In this document: positions 17,435 to 26,967 of the stretch, piece by piece
Numbering within the stretch: position 1 is the stretch's first letter
How the letters are laid out: each line of letters starts with the position of its first letter
Assembly (NCBI GenBank): GCA_003564915.1
Contig: PXDX01000118.1
Span: 1 to 41,206, forward strand
DNA from: a candidate division WWE3 bacterium
Lineage (GTDB): Bacteria > Patescibacteriota > WWE3 > UBA101185 > UBA10185
Direction: 5' to 3'
Length of the DNA stretch: 41,206 bases
Translations under genes and position numbers: made by a program
The notes under the pieces: model-generated
Seen by the model: only the letters and a program-made list of their open reading frames with translations
The model's database searches: none
Told to the model about the DNA's origin: nothing

Positions 17435-17986
17435 CTACAAAAATTGTAGGACAATAAGAAGAAGGATCAGACTCGCTCCAATATATAACTTGACTCCCCT
17501 TTCAGAAGGCTTTTCCTTAAGTACCCAAAACCACTCCTTATAATTTCCCCGCGCTAAAAGCTCTGCCAGCCTGTACAGGGAGTTTGCATATGTGGATAGA
17601 ATCAAGGCCTTTGCAAAGACACTTAAGGGGGCGAAGACGATGAAAAAGGTTAGTCCGGCGAGAACGACTTGAAAAAGAACGCTTTGTAAGGTTTTTTCTT
17701 CCACGTCATCGCGGTGGTAATAGATGTAGGAAAAAACATTGGGATAATCTCCGTGCTTTATATAACCTCTCAAAGTTTCGGAGAAGGTTTTCTCAGGATC
17801 AGTGAAATATGCGTATATTATGTAATCGAGATCCAGAATAAACGCTCCCATAAAACATCCCAGGATCGCAAGGAAAATATTCACCGGATCTCTCATTACC
17901 AGAAGAGCCATTAATGCTATGAATAAAGTTAGCGATACCAGTAAGGGCACTTTATATATCTCAAAGATTTTTTTAATCAGCTTCAT
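17435..17986 (-). CDS. hypothetical multi-TM membrane protein
   Basis: Several hydrophobic helices. Overlaps the upstream gene and ends 3 nt before lgt. Confidence 0.75.
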   Translation of the reverse strand: MKLIKKIFEIYKVPLLVSLTLFIALMALLVMRDPVNIFLAILGCFMGAFILDLDYIIYAYFTDPEKTFSETLRGYIKHGDYPNVFSYIYYHRDDVEEKTLQSVLFQVVLAGLTFFIVFAPLSVFAKALILSTYANSLYRLAELLARGNYKEWFWVLKEKPSERGVKLYIGASLILLLIVLQFL

Positions 17987-18248
17987 TTCTTTTTTCCTTT
18001 CTTAATTCTGTTAATTTCCACATAAAAAGACGACCTTTGGTAGAGGCATCCTCTTTTCCAAGGGCAAATTCTCTTGCCCTATCGAGCAACTCTCTTTCCT
18101 CCTCCTTTGCCAGCTTTATGTATAGGCTGCGATGTTTTGGATCGGAGAGTTCCTCTGCAAGCCGGTTGCCATATGCCTGATACTCGTATTTATTTCTGTG
18201 GTCTCCTTTTAGGTCCTTGGAGCTGATTATTGAACCGATCTTCTTCAT
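17973..18248 (-). CDS. small conserved hypothetical protein (CPR-type)
   Basis: EYQAYGNRLAEEL.D.KH.SLYIKLAK...GRLFMWKL. ATG 18248 overlaps the upstream stop (ATGA). Confidence 0.7.
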   Translation of the reverse strand: MKKIGSIISSKDLKGDHRNKYEYQAYGNRLAEELSDPKHRSLYIKLAKEEERELLDRAREFALGKEDASTKGRLFMWKLTELRKEKRNEAD

Positions 18249-18577
18249 TTCTGAGATTCCTCTCGCGCCAGTCTTCCGATCACGGGAAGTTCGTGGTCCT
18301 GACCCTGATAAGCCTTCCACATAAGAAAGATCCACATAAATAAGACACCTAAATTTACGATAGGAATTAGAAATATACCTATGATGGCTATCCGTAGAAC
18401 TACAGCCATGCTGTAGGCAGCAAAAGCCGCTATCCAGAAAAATATTGATTGAAAAGCATGGAACCTCACGATCTTATTCTCTTTTTCCATCATTAAAATC
18501 GCTATGGCAACTCCGGGAATATACCCCAGAGCCGCTTCTACATTAGGTTCTAAATTATATGGTTTTTCCTCATTCAT
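18245..18577 (-). CDS. DUF4870-family membrane protein
   Basis: AALGY, EKENKIVRFHAFQSI, KAYQG...LPVIG. Confidence 0.85.
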   Translation of the reverse strand: MNEEKPYNLEPNVEAALGYIPGVAIAILMMEKENKIVRFHAFQSIFFWIAAFAAYSMAVVLRIAIIGIFLIPIVNLGVLFMWIFLMWKAYQGQDHELPVIGRLAREESQK

Positions 18578-18644
18578 ACGTATACACAAATATTAACCTT
18601 TTCTTATCCATCTTCGCAACTATTAGGTGGATTTAATCATCGCT

Positions 18645-19631
18645 TTACCTTAATTCGTATCTGGAAGCCTTTGTTCTTCCTTTTTTTACGATCATTTCAC
18701 GTTCGATCAGGTCTTTTAGATCTCTTAGGACGGTATCTTCTGATATTTTGGGAAATAGTTTTGCAAAGTCTTTATTTTTAATCATTCCGTAGTCGTGAAG
18801 ATAAGTGATTATTTTTTCTTGTCTGCCGGATAGTTTTGCCCGTCCCTTAGCTTGTGCTATTTTTGTATCTTTCGCCGAAAGGAGAATTTCCTCTCTTTTG
18901 CTGGAAGCCTTTCGAGCCATGGCTTCGGTATAGAAATCGATCCATATTGTGTAATCTTCTTCCAGGGAAGGCGATCTAATGGCCCTTTTGTATCCTATTG
19001 GATCTTGTGCGTACGATATTTCCAGATGACAATAACCATCCAGATTATATCCGCTATTCTCAAGCATTTGATGAGCCAACAGGTTTGACATGAGATCGTT
19101 ATAGTTTTGAAAAGGCTTTATTTCGGCAATTCTGCCTTTAACAATGGCGGCTCTAATGAGCGGGTGCGTTTCTCTGCAGTCCATGCTGTTTAGCCAATCT
19201 ATTAGTTCGGTCATATCGGAGAGTATCTCTTCCGGATTAGTGCCCGAGTCAGTCGCTCTTTTTCGGTACATTTGGGGAATCTTCATTTCTTCTGATCCGA
19301 TTATTGATTGGTAAAGTAATGATATGGTTTCCTCATCTATTTCATAGGATTGAGATAGTTTTTGAGCAGTTTCTATACTCGCCTTTATATTTTTAACCAG
19401 ATTGGCGGGGTTATCTTCCATTCCATCCAGATATTTTTTAATTTCGTCAAGATCCGCACGGATACCCAGAAGATTAAGGTTCACTTTGAAAAATTCGATC
19501 TTTGCTTCCTTACGCATTCTTGCTTTCCAGGAGGGAAGAATCACGCATAGTTGGGCTATAGATCTTACCCGTTCAATTTCTGCAACATTGTCTAATATCC
19601 TGTTAGTTATAGTGTATTCGGGTATGAACAT
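18645..19631 (-). CDS. Fic-family protein with C-terminal winged HTH, degenerate Fic motif
   Basis: MF.PEYTIT..IL N-terminus, HPLIRAAI...IKPFQNYND.MS.LL in place of HPFxDGNGR, and the C-terminal SEDTVLRDLKDL....IVKKGRTKASRY wHTH. Confidence 0.85.
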   Translation of the reverse strand: MFIPEYTITNRILDNVAEIERVRSIAQLCVILPSWKARMRKEAKIEFFKVNLNLLGIRADLDEIKKYLDGMEDNPANLVKNIKASIETAQKLSQSYEIDEETISLLYQSIIGSEEMKIPQMYRKRATDSGTNPEEILSDMTELIDWLNSMDCRETHPLIRAAIVKGRIAEIKPFQNYNDLMSNLLAHQMLENSGYNLDGYCHLEISYAQDPIGYKRAIRSPSLEEDYTIWIDFYTEAMARKASSKREEILLSAKDTKIAQAKGRAKLSGRQEKIITYLHDYGMIKNKDFAKLFPKISEDTVLRDLKDLIEREMIVKKGRTKASRYELR

Positions 19632-19737
19632 ATTTTCTATGGTCGGTGACTAATTCTTGCATATTTCCCGCATAAAATAAAGAGAACCCGTAGTTAGGGG
19701 AGAAGATTATGCGCAGGAAAGATCCTTTGAGCGGTTC

Positions 19738-20787
19738 TTAGAGGATCGTGTTTTTGAATTTCTCGTAGGCTTTGGGTAATTCCGTTGCCGTTATAATAGT
19801 TTGGTGATCGCCTATCAAAGTTTCGATGGAGTTTCTATGCTCACTGTCGAATTCGGATAGCACATCGTCCAACAGAAGTACGGGCGCCTCTCCCGCAGAG
19901 GATCTAAGAAAGTTGAGTTCACATATTTTGAATGCCAGTATTAGAGCTCTCTGCTGGCCGCGAGAGGCATACTTGGCCAAATCCCTTCTTTCGCTTGTAA
20001 AGAGGAAATCATCTCTGTGGGGACCTATAAGACTTGTTCCTGCCCTAATTTCCTCGGGATGGGCTTCTTCCAATCTCTCCTCTATAAGAAGGCTTATATC
20101 GTATTTGATTCGCGTTTCCATGCTAGGATCAATCTTTTTAAGGTGTTCGTTAATATCTTGATTGACTTGATTGAGGAATTTAGCTCTCTCTTTTTGTATT
20201 ACTCTGCCATGCGCGATGATCTTATTATCCCAATATCTCAGTTGAGCGTATCCGCTTCCCGTTTCTCGTATCGTTTTGAGAACTTTGTTCCTATGTCTTC
20301 TTGCTTTATTGTAGTTACTAACCTCACTAGAGTAAGCTCTGCTTGTTTGAGTTAATATATTATTCAAAGTAATTCTTCTTATTGAAGGGCCGCTTCTTAG
20401 AAGATTCATATCCAATGGAGAAAAGAGAACCGTATTAAAATACTCGCCCAAGGAGGATATTTTGACCCTCTTTCCGTTTACTTTTACCGTTTTGATAGAG
20501 GAGGGAGGTGAGGAACTCTCTTTTCTTACAGAAATGCCTATTTTGAGATCCCTTTCCTCCCTTGTTACCAAGGCTTTTATTTCCGTGTCAGTGCTGCCAT
20601 GTGATATGATCTCGTTTTGAAGTTCTGCTCTGAAGGCCTTTCCTGTTGATACTAGGTTTACAGCCTCGATTATATTGGTTTTTCCTGAGCCATTAGGGCC
20701 GGTTATCAGGGTTATAATAGGATCGAAATCCAAAGAGTACTCGCTGTGATTTCGATAGTTTTTCAATTCGATTTGTTTTATTTTCAT
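19738..20787 (-). CDS. recF: DNA replication/repair protein RecF
   Basis: NYRN, GPNGSGKTNIIEA, GPSIRR, GPHRDD, ASRGQQR, LLLDDVLSEFD. Confidence 0.95.
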   Translation of the reverse strand: MKIKQIELKNYRNHSEYSLDFDPIITLITGPNGSGKTNIIEAVNLVSTGKAFRAELQNEIISHGSTDTEIKALVTREERDLKIGISVRKESSSPPSSIKTVKVNGKRVKISSLGEYFNTVLFSPLDMNLLRSGPSIRRITLNNILTQTSRAYSSEVSNYNKARRHRNKVLKTIRETGSGYAQLRYWDNKIIAHGRVIQKERAKFLNQVNQDINEHLKKIDPSMETRIKYDISLLIEERLEEAHPEEIRAGTSLIGPHRDDFLFTSERRDLAKYASRGQQRALILAFKICELNFLRSSAGEAPVLLLDDVLSEFDSEHRNSIETLIGDHQTIITATELPKAYEKFKNTIL

Positions 20788-20812
20788 GACTTTTTTTGCG
20801 GACAGATTTTAC

Positions 20813-21631
20813 TCAAACCTGACATATAGAGCAGAAATAAGTGTTCCTTCCGGATATCTTCTTCTTTTTGACCGGAGATTCGCAATCGGGGCAGACAGAT
20901 TTGGAGTAGATTCGGAAATTCCTTTGTTGTTGCCCTTTCTTTCCGAATATGTCGATGAACATCTCATCTTCTAGAGTTGACCCTCGGTTTTCAATCCCTT
21001 CCTGTATGACCGTCCTTATCGCACCTAAAAGTTTCTCGGTTTGCTCCATGTTTATTGATCTGGTTCTGGTTTCAGGATGAATGCCTGAGATGAAAAGAGC
21101 CTCTGTGGCATATATATTACCTAAGCCGGCTAATTTGGTTTGATCCATGATCAAATTCTTGATGCTCGTGTTTTTGGACCCAATTATTTCCGCCAATATC
21201 TTGGTATTTAATTCTTCCGATAGAGGAGGCGGTCCGTATTTCTCTCTTAGATCGAGGTACTCACTTGGATCTAAAAATCTCACCTTACCGAATTTTCTAA
21301 CATCTCTGAAGGCGAGGTAGAAACTTTTGTCCTTACCCTCAATCTTGAAAGTAACACGCTCATGCTTCAGAGGTTTGAAAGTTTTTTTGGCCAGAATTTG
21401 CCCCGTCATAGCAAGATGAAAGTTCAGCACCCCTCCTTCTACTTTCAAAAGGATGTTTTTAGCTATTTGGAATACATCTTTTACTCTTTTACCCTCTAAC
21501 TTATTTTTGAAAGTTATATTGTCAGGATAAGTCTCATATCCCTTTTCTATATAGATCTTTTTAATAAGGGCGTCTTCAGTAATTTTTTTTAGATCTTTGA
21601 CTATTGTATGTACTTCAGGAAATTCCGGCAT
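20813..21631 (-). CDS. mutM: formamidopyrimidine-DNA glycosylase
   Basis: N-terminal PEFPEV, HLAMTG, D.RKFG, H2TH GLGNIYATEALF, zinc finger CPDC...FCSICQ. Confidence 0.95.
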   Translation of the reverse strand: MPEFPEVHTIVKDLKKITEDALIKKIYIEKGYETYPDNITFKNKLEGKRVKDVFQIAKNILLKVEGGVLNFHLAMTGQILAKKTFKPLKHERVTFKIEGKDKSFYLAFRDVRKFGKVRFLDPSEYLDLREKYGPPPLSEELNTKILAEIIGSKNTSIKNLIMDQTKLAGLGNIYATEALFISGIHPETRTRSINMEQTEKLLGAIRTVIQEGIENRGSTLEDEMFIDIFGKKGQQQRNFRIYSKSVCPDCESPVKKKKISGRNTYFCSICQV

Positions 21632-22745
21632 GATCCTCCCATTTCTTCTTTACAAAGTTTGAAAACTCCTTTTGAAAACGATTTCCTTTAAAACCTTTAG
21701 CGTAGGCCTTGATTCTTTCTTTTTCAAATATACCCCTCTCTATGGATTTGTCGAATTCCTTTATAGAAATAATTATATCTTCCAGTTCAAGGCTCTCAAA
21801 AAACATTCCCGTTATGTTTTCCTTAACTGTTTCTGTTGCTCCGCCGGATTTGTGTGCTAGAACAGGTTTTCCTAAAGACATAGCTTCCAAAGGCACTATG
21901 CCCCAATCTTCTTCCACCACAGGAAATATCAAGCCCTTACTTCCTGCTAGAATAGCTCTTTTTTTCTCTTCGCCCACTCTTCCTGTCATTTTGATACTAT
22001 CTCCCGACATTTTCCTTAGTCTCTTTTCATCGGGCCCTGTTCCCATTACGATAAGATCCCATCCCAGAAAGTTAAATGCCTGGATCAGCAGATCAACGTT
22101 TTTATATGGGGTCAATCTGCCTAAAGAGCAGAAGTAAGGTTTTTTGATATTATCCGGCTTTGGAGCATCTCCATCATCTATGTCCAGTGGAGGATTTATG
22201 ACTTCTGCGTACCGCCCATAGAATTTCTTTATTCTTTTTCTTGTGGTTTCCGAATTGGCTATTAAATAATCGGGTCTTTGAGCCGCGCAATAGTCCCAAA
22301 TACGTAGAAAATGATCTATGATAGCGATTACAGGTTTGTAATACCATCTATGACGTGATGGGCTCTCAACCGAATATCCGTAGAGGAATCTTGGGGGAGT
22401 ATGGATATAACTAATGTGGAGCTGTCTTGGTTTTGTTATAACTCCCTTGGACCAGGAAGAAGAGTCAGAAATTATTATATCGAAATCATCCAGGTCGAAG
22501 CTTTCAAATACCAAAGGCATAAGAAAAGAGAGGTGTTTTGAGAAGATCCTTAGTAGAAGATTATTTGCACTTATAATCTCTCTGGAGTTAATGTTCTTTG
22601 TGAGGTTCTTTGGTGAGTATATTCCGGTATATATGGGCGCATCGGGAAATATTTCTATTATTGACTCCATTGTCTTTTCCGCCCCTCCATATTGAACAAG
22701 GTAATCGTGTATTATGGCTACGCGCGGACGCTGTTTCTGTAACAT
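21615..22745 (-). CDS. GT4-family glycosyltransferase
   Basis: HDYL.QYGGAE, GRL.PYK, EEDWGIVPLEAMSLGKPV. Confidence 0.93.
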   Translation of the reverse strand: MLQKQRPRVAIIHDYLVQYGGAEKTMESIIEIFPDAPIYTGIYSPKNLTKNINSREIISANNLLLRIFSKHLSFLMPLVFESFDLDDFDIIISDSSSWSKGVITKPRQLHISYIHTPPRFLYGYSVESPSRHRWYYKPVIAIIDHFLRIWDYCAAQRPDYLIANSETTRKRIKKFYGRYAEVINPPLDIDDGDAPKPDNIKKPYFCSLGRLTPYKNVDLLIQAFNFLGWDLIVMGTGPDEKRLRKMSGDSIKMTGRVGEEKKRAILAGSKGLIFPVVEEDWGIVPLEAMSLGKPVLAHKSGGATETVKENITGMFFESLELEDIIISIKEFDKSIERGIFEKERIKAYAKGFKGNRFQKEFSNFVKKKWEDHAGIS

Positions 22746-22824
22746 ATCCTTATTATATCAACTTATACGATGTGTTTGCTTAAAGCGTTTTACTGGCGAT
22801 ATATTTTTGCGTTATTCTTAAACT

Positions 22825-23322
22825 ATGGAATTAATATCAAGAGAGTCTTTTTTATGGGGTTATTTGGAGTCGGACATAAGAGGTCTGATTGCGGACGGAG
22901 AGCTTCTTTTTGATCTTGTGGAAGAAAAAGATAAAGGTACAACCGATTTTTCCTATCTTGTTTTTTCTTTTTCCAAAGCCTACGAAGGTTTCTTAAAAAA
23001 GTTGTTTTTGGATATGCAGATCATAAATGAGAAAGATTATTACGGGGACGACGTTCGTATTGGGAGAATTTTAAGCCCTAAATATAGGGAGGACCACCAC
23101 GAAGTTTTTGATAAATCCTGTCTTGAAAATTCTGCGGAAGAGGATGATACCGGAAAAGATCTTGGGGATAGGCTTTGGGAGACCTGGCACCGCGGGAGAA
23201 ATAGAGTATTTCACTACTTTCCACATAATTTTCGAAGACTTTCCTACACTGAAGCTTTGGATATTGTGCGCCAGGTTGTCTCACAGATGGAGGAAGCTGT
23301 TCGAGTTTGTTGCTTAGAGTGA
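22825..23322 (+). CDS. stand-alone HEPN protein resembling the RnlA/LsoA (RNase LS) catalytic domain
   Basis: DFSYLVF...KAYEGFLK helix and R125-NRVF-H130 RxxxxH motif. Confidence 0.65.
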   Translation: MELISRESFLWGYLESDIRGLIADGELLFDLVEEKDKGTTDFSYLVFSFSKAYEGFLKKLFLDMQIINEKDYYGDDVRIGRILSPKYREDHHEVFDKSCLENSAEEDDTGKDLGDRLWETWHRGRNRVFHYFPHNFRRLSYTEALDIVRQVVSQMEEAVRVCCLE

Positions 23323-23383
23323 TTCTTAGAAATATTCGTATTTTATTCGTGCCCTTATTCATTTAAGGTATAATTTTTTCACT

Positions 23384-24454
23384 ATGGATATGGGTTTAAA
23401 AATAAAAGAAAACCCCAAGGTCGTGGTTGGCCTCAGCGGAGGAGTTGATTCTGCTGTTGCGGCTCTACTCCTTAAAGATAAAGGTTACGATGTAACGGGG
23501 GTGTATTTGCAGTGCTGGGACTTTTCGATTCCCGGATGCGGGGGAGATATTGATAGGGCTGACGCAGCAGCAGTAGCCTCTATTTTGGATATAAATTTTA
23601 AACATTTGGATTTTATTGAGGATTATCAAAATAAAGTATTGTCATATTTTTATGAATCCTACGCTTCCGGTGGGACGCCTAATCCTGATATACTTTGTAA
23701 TTCCGTCATCAAGTTCGGCTTATTTCTGGATTGGGCTTTGGATCAAGGTTACGACTATATAGCGACTGGACATTACGCCCGCACTGTCCGTACGGAAGAA
23801 TGCGTAAAACTTTTTTGCGGTGCTGATAAATCCAAGGATCAATCTTATTTTCTGTATCGTCTGAATCAAAGGCAATTATCCAGAGCTCTTTTCCCTCTTG
23901 GCGGACTAACTAAGAATGAAGTCAGAGTGTTAGCCCGGGTTAATAATTTACCCGTATTTGATAAACCGGATAGTACGGGTATCTGTTTCATAGGAGATGT
24001 TAGTATTCAGGACTTCTTGGAGGAACGGATAGAGCCCAAAGAAGGTAACGTAATTTTAAAGGACGGAAGGGCGATAGGAACTCACGAGGGCGTTTGGTTT
24101 TATACCATTGGGCAGAGAAGGGGCTTCAACATAACTGAGTATATGGGAATTCCTTTATATGTAATTGACAAGAAAGTGGAGGAAAACGAGTTGGTAGTTG
24201 GACCAATAAGCGAGGCGCAAAGATCAGTTTTTGAAATAGAACAGCCGCATTGGATTTGCGAATCTCCGAAGCTTCCGTTTGAGTGTGTGGTAAGAATACG
24301 CAACCTGGGTAAATTCCGTCCGGTAACGGTAACGGAATTATCTTCGGGTCTTCTAAAGATAGAATCTTCACAGAAATTCTTTGGAGTCGCGCCCGGCCAA
24401 AGCGCGGTGTTTTATTCAGGAGAGCAGGTTTTAGGAGGGGGAATAATACGGTAG
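23384..24454 (+). CDS. mnmA: tRNA-specific 2-thiouridylase
   Basis: GLSGGVDS, TPNPDILCN, ATGHY, KDQSYFL, DSTGICF, YTIGQRRG, APGQSAVFY. Confidence 0.97.
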   Translation: MDMGLKIKENPKVVVGLSGGVDSAVAALLLKDKGYDVTGVYLQCWDFSIPGCGGDIDRADAAAVASILDINFKHLDFIEDYQNKVLSYFYESYASGGTPNPDILCNSVIKFGLFLDWALDQGYDYIATGHYARTVRTEECVKLFCGADKSKDQSYFLYRLNQRQLSRALFPLGGLTKNEVRVLARVNNLPVFDKPDSTGICFIGDVSIQDFLEERIEPKEGNVILKDGRAIGTHEGVWFYTIGQRRGFNITEYMGIPLYVIDKKVEENELVVGPISEAQRSVFEIEQPHWICESPKLPFECVVRIRNLGKFRPVTVTELSSGLLKIESSQKFFGVAPGQSAVFYSGEQVLGGGIIR

Positions 24455-24469
24455 GCTCAATTTGGAAAT

Positions 24470-26884
24470 TTACCATCCTTGAGATATTTCTATTCGGGAT
24501 TGATCTATAAATAGTGTTTTATGAATCTTTCCTTGGGTGTTGATCCTCACATTTTTTGTCTGCAGAGGTTCAGTGGGGCCCGGTTCTCCCGTGGAGCGGT
24601 ATTTTAGAAGAGATATTCCTTCCCATTCCAGATAGAAAGGCTCTTTGTACTCTTCCCAGTACTCCTCGTATATTGAGTAAAAAGTTTTCGCAGGTTTATC
24701 CGTTGAGAGGGTTACCAAAGGAAATTCTATATACCAGTGATCTTTCATCTCTCCCGTCAAAACGGCTGTCGTGTTTGGATGTGTATCCGTGGCTGTTCCG
24801 AAGACCGCGAACTGGCTGATATGAGAAATCGTCCCTTTTATAGTTGAGCTTCCGTAGTCAAAAAGTGAGGGAACCGTATCCCATTTTGATTTTTTTTCAT
24901 CCCAACGGTACAGACCCAAAGTATCTAATTTAATTTTACTTAACATATCTTTATTTAGATGGATCCTTATAATAATGGCTTGTTCCAACTCATGGATGAT
25001 ATTTCCCATTCTGTCTGTTGCTTCAATTATGAACGACGTACCTTCCACGTAGTCTTTTCCGGGATTGGTTTGGCGAGCCCCCTTTGCCAGATAGAAAGTC
25101 GACGGTGTTCGGGTTGTGTCCTTAGGGATCTGTAGGGTAAAGTTACCAAGTTCAATGGAAAGAGGTTCCCCCAGAAAATCCTTTTTAATATAATCGGCGC
25201 GGGTGGAGCTTTCCCAAAGATCCTGACTTTCCAGTCCGCAAAAGGACCCTAGAGGATCGTTCCAGCAATAGTATTTCCATGGATCATACATTTTTATACT
25301 TCTCCATCCGAAGGGATCGGTCAAACTTGAAGGATCTCTCCCTTTGTAATAGTTGGGTTCCCCCTCTATCAGTCTTGTTTCAAAATGAAGATGCGGTCCC
25401 GTAGTATTTCCCGTCATTCCCACCCTACCTACTATATCTCCTTTACTGATAGGTTTTCCCATTTCTCCCGGTTGCGCAAAAAGCTCGTCTCTTTGAAGGT
25501 GCATATACACTGTTCTGTATCCTTCAGCATGGTCTATATATTGAGAATATCCGCATGGAGGGCAGTATAGATAGTAAATAAGCCCATCAGCGGGAGCTAA
25601 AATGTTCGTTCCGTACGGCAGACCAAAGTCGTGTCCGTTATGTCCGCTATAGTACATTTTTGGCTCCGGCTCCTCTTGTCCTAGAAAATTTACCGTCGTC
25701 AGAGAGTGTTCCGGCGGTTCCAAGTAATTGACGTACCCAAAAAAAGGATATGCATGATCAAAAAAGGCTGTGATCTTATCTATTAAATCTCCTTCCTCTT
25801 GCCCTTCCCAGAGTGGTCCGAAAATGGGATTCTTTTTGTAGTGGATTTTTACTTTTTTACGATATATACCTGCTGAGGGAATTGCTGCGAAAAGAGTAGG
25901 TTCACTGCTGTCGATAATTACTAAAGAAGAGAATCCGTCCGGCGCATAGATGCCGTACGGCCCCGTTGTCGTCCATAAAGAGCCTTTATCCTGCGATTCA
26001 AAGATTCTAAGCTGGTTTGTTGTTCTATCTCTTGCGGCCACAAAATATTTTATTCCGTATTTGAGAAATCTCTCCGCACTTTGGTTTGTGGGTAAGAAGA
26101 TTGAACGGATCGGGGTCTTGTGATCTTCAGCATACCGAACTCCTATATACTTTGTGCTAATGTAGGATCCGGTAATCTCAAGTAGGATTTGATTGATGTA
26201 AGAAGCCGGGATTTTATCGTACTCCTCCCAAGTCTTTCCCTTGTCTGTTGAGATAAATATATTGTTAGGCTCTCTCGCGTAAGCAAAATTTTCCCAGACC
26301 CTCACTTCCAATATATTCTTCAGCCTTTCTTTTAATTCCTCTATATGTGTCCAGCTTGCGCCGCTATCATGGGAGATCCATAGACCTTCTTTGTATGTTC
26401 CCAAAAGTATTGTTCCTTCGTATGCGCTAACGGATACAGCACGTACGGAGGGTCCGATATTTTCCCATTTACTTCCGTAATCGATACTGCGATATAGGCC
26501 CGGGGGGTTTCCTTGAGTGAGGTCTCCTGTATTAACTGCAGCATATAGAATTCCGTTTGAGAAAGCCAGGTCAGAAACCCCATGTTTTTCCAGCCCTCTT
26601 TTGAACCAGGCAGCACCCTCATCAGGAGAGAAGAAGATCCCATTATAAGGATTGTCCCAATACTTCCAATTGTTGTGGCCGGCAAAAAGTCCTTTTTCGG
26701 TTACTATTATAGAACTTATTCCTTCTCTAGTCATTCCTGTAACGACCCAGTCCTCAGAATCGCTATAGCAAAGACTTGCGTTGTTCAATGAAAAGACAAG
26801 CAGAACAAGAACGAACACTTTAAGCACATTATGTCTTATCGGCCTTGTTCGTAACCTGGTTTTTACTTTCCGAAAGCTTGGCAT
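24470..26884 (-). CDS. secreted M23 metallopeptidase with N-terminal Asp-box beta-propeller and C-terminal beta-sandwich domains
   Basis: Signal/TM helix, five SxDxGxxW repeats, and M23 motifs HNGHD, YMHL and TTGPHLHFE. Confidence 0.85.
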   Translation of the reverse strand: MPSFRKVKTRLRTRPIRHNVLKVFVLVLLVFSLNNASLCYSDSEDWVVTGMTREGISSIIVTEKGLFAGHNNWKYWDNPYNGIFFSPDEGAAWFKRGLEKHGVSDLAFSNGILYAAVNTGDLTQGNPPGLYRSIDYGSKWENIGPSVRAVSVSAYEGTILLGTYKEGLWISHDSGASWTHIEELKERLKNILEVRVWENFAYAREPNNIFISTDKGKTWEEYDKIPASYINQILLEITGSYISTKYIGVRYAEDHKTPIRSIFLPTNQSAERFLKYGIKYFVAARDRTTNQLRIFESQDKGSLWTTTGPYGIYAPDGFSSLVIIDSSEPTLFAAIPSAGIYRKKVKIHYKKNPIFGPLWEGQEEGDLIDKITAFFDHAYPFFGYVNYLEPPEHSLTTVNFLGQEEPEPKMYYSGHNGHDFGLPYGTNILAPADGLIYYLYCPPCGYSQYIDHAEGYRTVYMHLQRDELFAQPGEMGKPISKGDIVGRVGMTGNTTGPHLHFETRLIEGEPNYYKGRDPSSLTDPFGWRSIKMYDPWKYYCWNDPLGSFCGLESQDLWESSTRADYIKKDFLGEPLSIELGNFTLQIPKDTTRTPSTFYLAKGARQTNPGKDYVEGTSFIIEATDRMGNIIHELEQAIIIRIHLNKDMLSKIKLDTLGLYRWDEKKSKWDTVPSLFDYGSSTIKGTISHISQFAVFGTATDTHPNTTAVLTGEMKDHWYIEFPLVTLSTDKPAKTFYSIYEEYWEEYKEPFYLEWEGISLLKYRSTGEPGPTEPLQTKNVRINTQGKIHKTLFIDQSRIEISQGW

Positions 26885-26967
26885 TTGACGAAATTTTCCA
26901 CATTAGTGTTGGATATTTCAATGGGGGTTATTCTATTATCACAAGATAGTTGGTAGAATAACTCACG

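Noticed and set aside
19700..19720. dif site (TGCGCATAA resembles a XerC arm)
   Set aside because: No XerD arm (TTATGTTAAAT-like) at 6-bp spacing.
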